A stretch of DNA of 63,998 nt, the filler included, from Basidioascus undulatus (taxonomy: Eukaryota): NCBI GenBank assembly GCA_000826855.1. It is 6 parts of 6 records of this genome, joined end to end, with 100 filler letters (N's around TTAATTAATTAA, not from the genome) between each part and the next. Parts side by side here need not be neighbours in the genome. Positions count along the whole stretch, not along the records: positions 1 to 27,724 come from JTLS01000157.1; positions 27,825 to 35,173 come from JTLS01001572.1; positions 35,274 to 42,617 come from JTLS01001573.1; 3 more parts are not named here. One strand, written 5' to 3'. Positions 25,805 through 38,100 of the stretch are shown piece after piece. The position numbers and the translations under genes were made by a program. Every line of letters starts with the position of its first letter. The first letter of the stretch is position 1. The notes beneath the pieces were generated by a model that did no database searches, was not told the origin of the DNA, and worked only from the letters and a program-made list of their open reading frames with translations.

Positions 25805-27724
25805 CAGCGATTGATTTGTGCTTATGTGATGAGTGTCATTTAGCTGCTGTCGCATGTGACACTCTTGCCTGCGATAGTTCCCCTCGAACTTGGGAGTGAC
25901 TTGAAGGATGCACTCAACCCACCTCAACGCTCCCCAGGCTTGTTCCCGCCCTTCACACGCAAATACAGTGGTACCTATATTACCCAAGGTCATGGTTAGA
26001 AGCATAGAAGGATAGAAACACGAGAGGGTTCTCCTTTTATTATTTTTTTGGTGTGGCACCGCAGCAATGTTCTTCGGCAGTGCATCCTCCGGGAGTTGAT
26101 ATGGTCGCGCTTCGCCCAGCCCTAGGCGTACACAGGCTTAGGAATGCGGTCAATTCTACTGAAACGGCCTTTGGACTTGCATGCTATTCCACAATCTTAG
26201 CGTGGATGTGTCCAGTGAGCAAGCCGGCCACATGTTGCCGAAGCTCTTACACAGTGTGAAGGACGCTGCGCGGACCACGGCGTCGATTTGGCATACCAGA
26301 AGCGGATATTGGGCTAATAAGATAGTTGTGGCCGGTGAGTGTAGATAATCGAGTTGGTGGAAAAGTCGAAGCGAAGCAGCAACAGGTCAGGACAGAGTTG
26401 ACGGAATCAAGTGCGCCCATGCTCGCGCTGCAAGGAGGGAGACTCGCCGACGTCCTGTTTATTGCACACTGTGCGGACCCTATAGGGTATGAAGCCCCGG
26501 CTCAGCAACACGTCGGCCTCTGTAAAGATATATGAAAACTCTTACAGATACCACGGTCAAGAGGATCCAGACAAATGACGACATTGTCGCCGTGCAGACT
26601 GCCCACCTTCGCGCCGAGGTGTACTCAGCGAGAATTACGAACATGTTCTGTTGCAAGCTGTGGCAGACTTGGCACGAGCTTCAACCTACAGAAGCAAAAG
26701 TGATAATTGAATTTAAAGCGCGAGGCAAGTATATGAGCAGGCAAAAAGACAACAGCATCGACCGCTTGTCTGGTGTAGTCGAAGTTGTCAGGACTTCACC
26801 CCCAAGTATCCAAGAAAAGTATGCGTCTAAACGGCCCGGCTGATGTATAAACAGTAGTTGATGCCGCAATTACTTTGTTTTCTTCCCCACTTCATCTCAT
26901 GCAGAGTTCGGTCTTGGAGGGATTGGACAGAACGCCATGTTACAGCAAGCTCGGATGGCAGAGGACTGCCAGGGAAGGCAGACAGCTTTCGCCTCGAGCA
27001 CGAGAGTCCTCATTCGAATCCTGCTTTTTCCGCCTTCTGAAATGGACACAGTCACTACATGTCTATGCCACCGCTTGCACGGCTAATGCAGGGAGATGGG
27101 CGATCCTAAGATGCGCCCCGTTTTGTAATTTCAGCTTAACCAATATTGCAGGTATCAAACCTCCATGGTACCTGAAAGAAAAGCGCTCTCTAGAAAGCAG
27201 GCCTCACGCCCTTGCCGTCGACCGCGACAGACGGCGAATCGGTGCTTCAAGCTCAGCTGTTGCCCCCTGACTGACAGCGCCAACTGAATGGCTCGCTGCA
27301 TAATAACGAGCCCTATTGGCAGCAGATTCCGGCAACGGCGCGCTTGCACACATTATTGAAGGTGTTGAAAGACTTGCATTGACGATGGCACGACCCTGCA
27401 AAGCTGCGGGAAGAAAGGGTTCAAAATGGTTGCCTTTCGCGACTTTCTAGCGAGATCGGCAAGGTTTGGTGCCGAAAGAGTGATGATCGAACTATCCACG
27501 TGCTTGCTATTGATGAACAGGGCGTCATGGCGGGACGAAACCGCTCGCGCCTCGCCATTTGGACATGGACCTCCAATATCTCCTTGTTGGGGGTGTCGCA
27601 TCCAATCTTGACACTTCACCATCACCATCAACAGGACCATCGGTTTTGAGTATCCTGGAGGTTGTACTTATTTGTTGTGTTTATAGGCAGGACACCTCTG
27701 GTCGGAGCGGTGAGTGTGCGCTTC

Positions 27725-27824
27725 NNNNNNNNNNNNNNNNNNNNNNNNNNNNNNNNNNNNNNNNNNNNTTAATTAATTAANNNNNNNNNNNNNNNNNNNN
27801 NNNNNNNNNNNNNNNNNNNNNNNN
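27725..27824. other. Artificial contig linker N44-TTAATTAATTAA-N44
   Basis: 100-bp N spacer with a six-frame stop core. Confidence 0.98.
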
Positions 27825-30800
27825 TCCCCCCCCTCCCAACCTCCGCGCTTTGTAGCACCTTCCACTCGCACCGCCCCCATCGTCTCACTCCGCGCTACGT
27901 ACTCTCATTAATAGCCCTTTCGTGTCGTTATCGCTTCGCGGCAGATGCATCAGACGATTCAAAAAAGAAGGAAGGGTCAGAGCTTCCTGTGCTGTCGGTG
28001 CTGTGAAGGGAACAAAGAGAGTGGATCCCATGAGCAGGACAAATGACTGTTTCCAACCATCGTGCTTGTTTCTGGCTTCGCATTTGGAAGAATTCTTAGC
28101 GTTAAGGCTTGATACTGTCGATTGGGAATTGCAGGAGCCACATTGGTTCGAATGAAAGGAACTCGCGAGAGTTGAAAGGCTTCATGGGAGGTTTCGGGCC
28201 TTGACACCATCGGGATTCTGCTAAATGCTCACATGCGCCTCACATGTGCTACAGTAGGAGCTAGAATGTAAGATCGATATGGACGCGCCCTGGAAGCTCC
28301 CGCCAGAAAGTGACTCATGATAGTCCACTGTGTGTGCAGCAGCGTCTTGACGCCCCCGTCCGCAGTGCATTCTCACTGTAGGGGCTGGACACTTGAGAAG
28401 CAGACTTCTATATTCAAGAAAAGGCAAGTGACAAAGGGAATCCGATGTACAGATTGACTTGCTCACGATTACATTCATACAGCCTCAGGCTACATGACAG
28501 TGTATGGCAGCAAGCATACGGCCAACAATCACAAGCCCTTAAACGATCAGTTTGAGTTTTGTTGGCAGTCCAGGCAATATTTTAGTCATGTCGTCACCTT
28601 CTCGTTCCTGATGTTCAGAACTACAGACAGCCAGTTGAAAGGCGCTGCGAGGCAGCGAGTAGTCGAGACTGCACGGCTGTGCCGCGCCATTTTGCTCGAC
28701 ATTGTCTCTCGCCGAGGGCTGCCAATGGGTCAATACACCCTTCAAAAGACGATAGAATTACACAAACCCGGGTGGGAACAAGGGGGTGCGAAACGTGCGA
28801 AGTTCTATCACGAAGCCCTCCAACGGCTGACGTGCGGAAACCGCGCCAGAGAACACTTTTATTTTCCTCTCTTCCTCTGCTCCTGCCCATATACAAGAAA
28901 ATTAATCAGTTCTTGTTATTTATTTGTCCTTTCTGGCAAAGACTGAGCCGCAGTCCATCGAGAAGAGGACACTCGCGCCTCGTAAGTATGACGTCTGACA
29001 AGTAGGGGGTTAGTCAGTCAGAAGTCATAGGGCTTCGGGCGGAAATTGCATGAATCGCAGCCCCTTGGTGGGAAGCTTGAGGTGAAAGAGAAGCAGGCAA
29101 CGGAATATCCGCTCGGACGCTCCGGCGGAACCCGAGCTGGGCTTGACCAAGTCGCCGCCAACTCTGGACCAGATCCTTCTTCTCCACCATCTACGTCCGT
29201 CCAAAATTCGATCCCAGCACACATACCTCCTTTCGACAAATTTATTCTACACTCAACATTGTCTGATGCAGGCCCAATCCAACACTCAGCCCCGACAAAT
29301 CACCCACAGCATTCGGCCCACCCTTCCAGCCTGCTTGACGCGCAGAGCACCTTCAGCCGGTTGGCTGTGCACTGCCCGCATATCGCTTACTGTAATGGCG
29401 GTTGCGGGTCTTCTGGGTCGCAGTTGGTACGGGCAGGGAGCTTGTCCCGGGTTGTGTGCGACGAGCTGTAGACGCCTGGGTCAGGAGGAGATGGATGGAT
29501 GGAGGTATCGTCAATCATGCATATCTTATTCGTATACGCCGGCGCCGCCGGCGAGTGCGTCTGGTGGTTCGAAAGGCGGTCCACGGCGCTTCCCTCGCTT
29601 CGCCTTCGTGTCTCGCTATCAATGTTCCACTCATCTAAATGTCTCCTCTCTCGTACTGGTGTTCTCGACTGAGGTCATATCTATATCAAGCTGGAGTCGT
29701 CCGACGAGCCACCCAGCAAGCCCCCTCAGCGCCCAGCGCTTTCGCCGGTCGCCTCGCCCTCTTTCCTCCCATTCACTCCCATCGAATATCGAATATCGCA
29801 CCCGCACCGCACAATCCCCCCTAACAGGCTATACACTCCGCGATATCGATGTTCTGCACCATCATCGTCCTCCCCCTCCACGCTACCCTCGCGACCGCCC
29901 ATGCCTCAGCGCCGGCCGTGAAGGCCGCGCTTGTCTGCCTTGTCCCCCTCCCTCTTCCTCACTTGCTCACGCTCGTGCCGCATCAAAACAGCTACCTTCG
30001 CCACCACGCCGTTCCTCCATGTCCGCGGGCTTTGTGCGCCACGGCTGCCGCAGCGGACAAGATTGTTGCAGCGGCGCGCTGCCAGTTGAGGAGGTACGCC
30101 CCTACTCCCCTCTCCCCCCTCCCTTCCACTTCCCCTTCAGCTCCACTCCACCTTCCGCGTTCTCCGCCGCTTTCCCCCCCTCGCAGCCGCCGCTGACGCT
30201 TCTCATTTTCTAGAACCCCCACTTACACACCGACACCGCCACCGCACGCTCGCCTGCACGCCCCCTCCCGTTCTGGCCTCACAGGCGCTGGGAACCGCTC
30301 CCCCGGAACCCGCCGCCGAGGCGACTATTCCGTCCCCCGGTAGGCATTCGGGCGGGCGGGGCCCTGACCCTCGTCGGTCCGTGTACCTCAAAATAGAGTC
30401 CCCGTCATGAAGTCGGTGAGCGAGGGAGTTGGGGCCACTGTTGAAAGTGGAAGACCCGAAGGAGAACTGCATAGGAACATGGAAGAAACAAATGCAATGG
30501 TTGTGAAGCCGGTTCTGGATGCATTGTGCCAACCTCAAAGAATTATCCTGCTAGTGAAATCAGTTTTTCACATGGAATCAGGCTAACCAACATGCGAAAA
30601 CAAAACACACAGTGCACTCCAAGTTCCTATCCCCGCCCGAGGCAGCATGTGCGGTTCCAAGAACCGCTCTATTCTTCCTCAAGCCACAGTGCTGAAATAG
30701 TCTGGAGTCCCTATCTGGGTTCACGAGCGCTTCAAACGGAGAAGGGTGGCAGTGAAGATGCTGGAGGAGGACGTTCTCACTGGACCTCTGCCTTAACCGG

Positions 30801-30960
30801 TTCGTAGTTGGTGTCGGAGGAGCGCTGCTGCATCGAACAAAGAAAATCACCAGACTTCCAAGGGCTTTGTAAAGCCATGTTATGTTGATTTATTGCTGTG
30901 TAAAAATTGGAGTCTGATGGGGTGTTTTTTTTACGAAGGGCAACGCGCAGGCCACGGAGA

Positions 30961-32022
30961 ATGGCGAACCATCCCGACGAGCCGCGGCGCCGCCCCGTGG
31001 GCCCGTCGACGCTTGACCACCTACCTCAACCTGCCCCGATCCCTTCTTTCTACCTCCGCATTCTCGGCACGGACCGAGGATGCTCGACCCGTCCGCATAT
31101 CGCTATGCCTCTGGCTGACTTCCAGAACTCCTGACCGCTTTTCACACTGTCGTCGACGTGCTGTGGGAGACCCTGCTAGTCCTGTACGTCTCCGTGTCCT
31201 TCGGTGATTCGGGCCCTCCGTACGGAAGGCGCTTTCTGGTCGCTGGCACATCGAGAACTCATCGTGACTGGGCTGCGGACATGCAGGAGCGCCGCTTGGA
31301 TACCGATCCTGTTCGCGGTCACTTCGTGTGTTCTCGGCGACCTCTACTTCGCAGCCGCTTGGCTCCTCCTAGCCTCCTGCTGCCTCAAGGTCGTTTTCAC
31401 AGCCAGAGCTCTCGCGCGCCGGATTCAACCGCTGCTTAGGCTCGCGCTTTCGAACGAGCTTTCGAGGGTCGTTCAGAACATAGAGAGGGACTTGATCCGA
31501 GCTGAACGTGCCAACATGTCGCGGATTGAGGACACGCTCGACCGCCTAAAGACCGTCCTTCTAGCCGTTCACGGGAGTCCCTCGTCAAGGGCGACCCATA
31601 GCGAAGCCTTCAGAATCCTGAACCCCCGTGGTCTGGACAGGATTCAAATTCTGGCTTGGATTCTAGACTTTCTGGTCCTGGTCAGGGTCCGCGTCACGGA
31701 CGAATCCGACCTCATCGCTCAACTTGAAGGCATGATTCCGCACCTGATCAGCGTTCTTAGCCGAGCTGAGCCGCTTGAAACGATTCGTGCTGAGATTTTT
31801 GCCCTCTGTAAAGCCATCCACGCCAACAGGGAAATCTTGGGTGGACGTCCCAGTCCCGCAATCCAAGCTGCTGTCCTCGACGACCTGCGTATCGCGGTTG
31901 GGAAACTCGAGCACCTTTCTGTCCGTCTCGATGCCCTGTTCCCCAAGCCGACGGATGGCGTCCCCCGTAGCGCTCAATTCGAGGTGGTGCATGAGGCAAT
32001 GGCGGCTTTGGCAGTGAAGTGA
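30961..32022 (+). CDS. Hypothetical protein, N-terminal TM segments plus helical C-terminal domain; paralogue of 33282-34176; start uncertain
   Basis: Exon ...VVDVLWETLLVL, gtacgt...tgcag intron, SAAWIPILFAVTSCVLGDLYFAAAWLLLASCCLKVVF...ILDFLVLVRVR...VLSRAE...LDDLRIAVGKLEHLSVRLD. Confidence 0.7.
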
Positions 32023-33281
32023 ATGGGGGAAAACGAGCATAGGAGGCGTCATTGGCGACACGTTTGTGGGGCTCATTTCTTGGTGGTGCAACGAAGGGGA
32101 CACGAAGTGAGAGGAGCTCATGAGGCATGCATCTTTCACGCCGAGTCGCCAACCTGCTTGTGCCCGGTGTTCAATTTGAAAAAACGCTTCGACGTAAGTT
32201 AAGCCAGATAATGGAGAGGTCGGCAACGCCGGACGAGATGTCCGCCCTGCCTCAAGATTCTCAAATGAATCGAGAGTGACTTCGATGGGCCCAGGGCGTG
32301 TTTGGGCACGAAGATGGGCTCTGACGGCTGCGAGACGGACGAGTTGGATGGCGGTCACGCACAGAGTCCCGAGGAGCCGGCAGGGCTGCACGAAGAGACC
32401 CGGCCAGAGTATATTTCCGAACCTCAGCACAAGCAGAAGGAGGTAGAGCCTTTTGATATCATGAATCGTGTGCCCCAACCAATCCAGCGTCAGCTTATTG
32501 CCAGGTGCTTAACATGCGGCAACAGACTCACCAGCGAACCGTCGGGCGTGGCAGGCCCATCAGTCAAGGGCAGTCAGGTTCAAATACGCCAGAAGGAAGT
32601 AAAAAATGGCCCTAAGCATTGCCTGAGAGGACTTGGTCTGGGATGCAGAGAGGCTCGGAAACCTTGGTGAAGAGCTTGGGAGACGAGACGGCGGAAGGGA
32701 GACAATTGTGTACGAGCTACGCCGACATTAATCCCCTGAAAACCGGTTCTCTAATCGTGCGAGTCAATAAAGACCCACGACTCCAAGCCACCGAGCTGAA
32801 CTGCAGGGGTTCCTCATCTACCCGACACCTGTGTATCTCCTCTGAGTGCTCCTATATCGCCCTGGAACTACGGAAAATATAAGATTTCCGTATGAATCAA
32901 ACTGCTTTCACTGGGGAGGGATTGGATGGCGCAGAAGCCCACACTCTGGCTGCCAACTGAATGTTTGCACTGTGTCAACCTTGCACCCGCACTTGCCTGT
33001 AGAACGCGGTGAACGCGGTTATGAGCACCCAGAGATGCTTACATTCACTCTCAATCTCGAGATATACTGGCAGGCGAAAGAAGAGCAGCCCGCAAGAATC
33101 CAGCTGCAATGACAAGCCGTTTGCAGTCCCGGGTTTGCTCAAGAGAGGTTCACGTGCCATGTGATACAGGAATAATAAGCTCGAGAACATTTTAAAAATC
33201 CTCATATTCGTGGAAAACAGTAGCTGCGGGCATCTTGCCAGCCCTTCAACCCTCTCCACCCGACAGCAGCGTACAACATGA

Positions 33282-34176
33282 TCAAGTAAGGGCAGGCCCC
33301 AGCAGCGCCTTCACGCTGGCGATCCTCGAGCGGTGAGAGACCGGGAGCTGGCGGGAAGCGTCCGCATCGATGTAATCAAGAGAAGTCGCGAGCTGCTCGA
33401 GCTTTTTGACTGCAATGCGCACGCCGTCGAGGTCTTCGGCACGCCAGCCTTGGATGTTGATTTTCTTGAGCAGGATCCGAACAGCCGTGAGTGCGTCGTC
33501 AATATCGAAAAAATGAGGTCGAACTTCTGGGCCAACAAGGATCTTGTCCGCGCGTGACAAGGTCGCGCCGATGTGGGAGATGGTGCTCAAGTCCATGGTG
33601 CGGACGCGTCTCAAGACAAGCGAGTCCACCATGATAAGAAGGAACAGGATCGCCCAGCGGAGCAAGCCACGAAGGGATTCGAAAGTGGCTACGGGGCTCG
33701 CGGCGCAGGTCTCGCCGGAAATTGAGAGGCATAAAACTTCAGCGAAGGGTCCCGCTGGACGCGAGAGGAGAGCTCGGCAAGGCGAGACAAGGTCTCCGCC
33801 ATCGAAAGTTGGAGCGTCCCATCGCGTGATCCGAAAAGAGGGTGAGAGCGCGTTCGGTAGGTCCGGTGAGGTTCCGGGCGCGGAGATGGGCTCTGAGGGC
33901 TCCGAGAGAGAGCCAAATCGGTTGATGGTCACGAACAGGAAAGCGAGGAGGCAGCAGGGGTGGAAAGCGAAGCCCAGCCAGATGAGGTTCCCGACGTTCA
34001 GCATTATAAGGAAGAGGTTAGACCTTTGGGCCTCGCCCAGTTCCCCGTCAGTCTGTTACCAGGTCTTTTCACGCGCCTTAAGGGACTCACGCAGAAAAGA
34101 TGGGCGTGACGCCCGTGAGCACAAAGGCGGCGATGTCCAGCCCAAGTAGCGCCCCGTAAATGGAATAGCGATCCAT
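33282..34176 (-). CDS. Hypothetical protein, N-terminal TM segments plus helical C-terminal domain, 2 exons
   Basis: MDRYSIYGALLGLDIAAFVLTGVTPIFSA, gtgagt...ctgac...aaag intron, SNLFLIMLNVGNLIWLGFAFHPCCLLAFLF...VDSLVLRRVR...TLSRAD...LDGVRIAVKKLEQLATSLD. Confidence 0.75.
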
Positions 34177-35173
34177 CGCGCAGGCAAAGGGGACTGGCTT
34201 TGAGGACGGAGTGGCTGGCAACGCTTGTGGAAGTGTACGAGGTGGGCGAGATGCAGGGGACCAGATGGCGGAAGGAAGGTCAGGGGCACAGGCACGGCGG
34301 ATTTACAAGGCCCTCCTGCGGTCGATCTTTGCCGGTGACCAAGCTGCTCGGAATTGCCAAGTTATCTGTAATACACCCCGTCAACAAGAAAGCAAGCCTG
34401 AAACGCCAACTGCTCCTTGGGACTTGCGGTGACACTTTATGACGAGGTTCTCCCTAACAGCCGTTCAACCCAAGCAAGGCAGCACCCATTTCTCTTTCGC
34501 AAGCACAATTTTCCATCCAGTCCCATTGAAGGATGTCGAACAGACAATTCTGTCTTTGGGAACTGGTGCTCTCGTCAAGCGGGGACTTGATGCAGTCGAG
34601 GGTTCACACACAGTGCCAAAGGATGGCATCTGCATGGGTGGTTGAAACTGTATCGACGATCATAATCCTCTGTAGCCCTTCGAAGCGGGTTATGGGGATT
34701 GTTGGCTTACTGTGATGTTCTTGGCGGACCGTCTGTGACCTGTTGCTTGGTATCGGGAAGTTGAGTCTTCCCACCAATCACAACATAGGTGGTGAGATCC
34801 GGTTCTCACTGGCCGTCAGCCTTCATATTCTGATAAGTTTTCGTAGCACTCTGCATGGTCGGTCATGCATTGTCGCACCTCGGGCGCCTCAAAGCCGTGG
34901 CAAGGCAAATGGATGTCAAAGCACCATCACATGCACCTGATGCGGGTCGACTGACAGTGAAGACTGGCTGAGTTCAACTTGATTCAGTATTTCCAGCACC
35001 ACCAAACCTCTGCAGGAATACAGGTGTTTCGGTGTGCACGGTTTTCTTCTAAGAAAACAAACAAGCGTTGCACTGTAGGATAAAAGGCATTCTCAGTACA
35101 CGTTATTGAAGATTATAGTGGGATATGTCGGTTCCTCGCTTCGCCGTCGATGCAAGCTGAGTGAACCGTGCAG

Positions 35174-35273
35174 NNNNNNNNNNNNNNNNNNNNNNNNNNN
35201 NNNNNNNNNNNNNNNNNTTAATTAATTAANNNNNNNNNNNNNNNNNNNNNNNNNNNNNNNNNNNNNNNNNNNN
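35174..35273. other. Artificial contig linker
   Basis: N44-TTAATTAATTAA-N44. Confidence 0.98.
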
Positions 35274-35358
35274 TCCCCCTTTGCCCCCTCCCCTCCCCCT
35301 TCCCTTTTCTCCTCCTTTTCCTTTAGTTTGTTGCTGACGACACCCCGCCCACCCACAG

Positions 35359-36454
35359 CGAGCACAACACGTACCAACTCCCCCCTGGGCGGTGCATCCG
35401 GTGCCGGCACAGCGCGTCCTCCAGCGGGGCGACCTGCTCCCTGCCCCAGCACTACCCGCCGACCTCCCTGAATTGGTCGCCCACCCCGTCCTTCCGCGCC
35501 GCGCACACGCTCGCGAGCTTCGCCCTGTCCGAGGGGACGCGCGACCTCCTCTCGGACTGCACGAACGCGTGTGACGACTTCCTCGGCGCATGCAAGAGCT
35601 GGACGGTCGCGATCGACGAGAGCGAGGAGGCGACATGCTATGTCCTGGATGAGCGTCCCGGCGCGGGGGATTTGAGGAGGGGTGGGAGCGCGGGGTGCGA
35701 GGAGGAGGAGGCGTTTGCCATTTATGCGAGCGAGACGAGCTGCAGGGATGGGGAGCAGATGATCGGTGCGTGCTCTCTCCTGCCTTCTCTCTTTGCTTCA
35801 CACTTCCTTTTCGCTCACACAATTCGCGGTTCGCTCTCTTCTAGACCCCTTCACCGGCGCCTGCGCCCCCTGCCCGTCCGGCTCGCGCGTCAGCCGGAAT
35901 CGCGTGCAGTGCATGGCCTACCTCCCCACGCACCGGACGCACTTCCCCTCGCCCGAGTTCCTCGAGTCGGCCGCGTTCGACGTCTCCTCCGCGGGCAGCG
36001 ACATTGCTTCGTGCGAGGACTTGTGTCACGCCTCGGTCGAGCAGGAGTGTCAGTTTGTTCTCCTTTCAACACTTTCACGTGCCAAGAACTAACGTAAGCT
36101 GGATGTTGGGGTTTTTGCTCCAGGCGTGGGGTGGGCGATCGTCGATGGGTGGGTCCTCTTCCCTGCCTTCCGTGCTCCCTTCCTCCTCCCACCGTTCTGT
36201 CTTTGTCTGGACGAGGACAAGGAACTGATCTGGTTGGGATTATGAACAGCGTCTGCAACCTCCTCGACCAGCGCCCCGACGACGCGCAGATGGTCTTCAA
36301 CCCGCAGTTCGTCCGCTTCGGCCGGCGCGGGAACGACGTGCGGGCATTCGGGTTCGCGACTGTTGCCAAGTGCGTTGTCTTCCTTCTCACTTCATCCTTC
36401 GATGGGCTGGTCCTGATCGCTGTGGGAACTTGTAGGGCGCTGCATGAGCTTTGA
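35359..36454 (+). CDS. 3' part of a Cys-rich protein with repeated modules (possibly PAN/apple-like); 5' end lost at contig end
   Basis: GRCIRCRHSASSSGATCSLP...LSDCTNACDD / GACAPCPSGSRVSRNRVQCMAY...IASCEDLCHAS / VCNLLD...FATVAK / ALHEL*; GT-AG introns. Confidence 0.55.
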
Positions 36455-37814
36455 GGCTTCGGGCGGGGAGACGGCGTGAGGGCTGTGGAGTTCTGGGGAC
36501 TGTTGACGACGGTGTTGTAGTTTGCGACTGTTGTTTAAATGGTGATATTTATCAACCCGATATACCCATCTCAGTGCTTTCGAGGCAGGTGGCAAATCGT
36601 TACGCGGCAAGCCGCAGGTTCCTGACCTTGGCCTTTCGAGAAAGCCTTGTGAGAAAATCCATGCAGAGCCAATTTAATCTACTGGTGACCTGTGCTCTTC
36701 TGATCAGATTGTCACAGTGCAAAGATAAGGTGCAGCCCCCTCAGCTTCGACGCTCCTCAGGTCCGGAAGGAAGTACTAGGCCTCAGCCGTTGCAGGTTTC
36801 CACAACACAACAGCGCAACCTCATAGGTTGCCTACAGTTGCCGCATAGCTTTATTCACTACATTAGAGATGTTGAACCTCACACTTGGTCTGTCAGATTA
36901 GATCCATAAGCTGGTTGCATGATGTCTATCGTATCTCCGCCTGCGCCGGCGGCACCGTCGCCCCAACCCTTCCCCAACTCCATTATCAATCTGGCGCTCC
37001 GTGACCTCAGCGACAAAGAGCTCAGGATAGGCGCTGGACCCCCTCGATGCGAGCCGCCGTCCCGCGCCTGCGCACCCTCCTTCGGACGCTCGCCTCGCGT
37101 CGTTCAAGGCCAGCCCGTCCCTCGCGCTTTACCAGTCCCTCATCACCCGCACGCCAGCTAGGTGTGAAATGACATCCCGCTGCACCGAGAAGTGTTTTGC
37201 TGACCCTGGATTTTGCTGGCTGAAGACTTTGCCGATTGATTAAAATGTCAGAATCATTCAAGCCGAACATGAATTCCACGCAATCCCCAGCAATACATGA
37301 CAATCCAATCCGAAATCAAAGCATGCCCCCACAAACATGCCCACAACCACTACAACTGCTCCAAAAATGTGGCTAGTGCCCATCACTTCCAAGAAATAAC
37401 TATGACTGACTGGTCAATTTTGTTAAGCTGATGCGACCTGACGTATCCAGGTCTGCATATTGGCCGCTTCAAAATTCTGTGATCTCCAGAACCTGTCGAT
37501 TGTTTCGCATGTAAAGATACACTCAAGCACTATAACTGATCAGTTGACTTGTATTCCAGGCTTGCACCTGAGGGTATGCCATATCCAAATTGGAGTTGAA
37601 GAATAGTTCCGGATCACTGGGATTGGCATAGGCTGTATCGAAATCATTGCTGTCCCTGGCATTGCCCTGGTTGGTGGGTCATGCGCTTTGTGATTTCACT
37701 GCAGGTCTGCCAGCCTGTCAGCAGTGAACTAATATGGTTATGCTATTGAGAATTCTGCTCAGAGGGCTTTCTACAGTAATGTGATGCATATTTTCAGGGC
37801 CAGATCATACATTT

Positions 37815-38100
37815 CCCCACCAGGTAAGACTTTCTCTCCCTGATGGATACTGGTGCAGATCTTCTCCACTCCTTGGAGATCTGCTGCACCAGGCAGAGGC
37901 TGTCTCAACGACAAAGAGATGCCCTACACCAGGTGGAATCTCTCTCCGCCACATGGAGACTGCTGGCGATCTCCTTCCCCGGGTGGAGAGTTTCTCCCCA
38001 AGGTGGAGGCTGTCTCCACCGCCTGGAGGTTTTGCCACCGGGTGGAGAGTAATGAAGATCTCCTCCACCACATGAAGGTTTTCTCCACCTGGGTGGAGAC
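37815..38100. repeat. Degenerate ~20-bp palindromic tandem array, consensus about CTTCTCCACCAGGTGGAGAT
   Basis: 37861 cttctccactccttggagat / ctgctgcaccaggcagaggc / tgtctcaacgacaaagagat / gccctacaccaggtggaatc / tctctccgccacatggagac and further copies. Confidence 0.75.

Noticed and set aside
26326..27720. Fragmentary gene-like frames such as AKVIIEFK
   Set aside because: Too degraded to assign by eye
29143..30213. 356-aa ORF, the longest in the track
   Set aside because: Non-ATG start, Ser/Pro/Arg-rich, no motif, and runs through intron-like pyrimidine tracts
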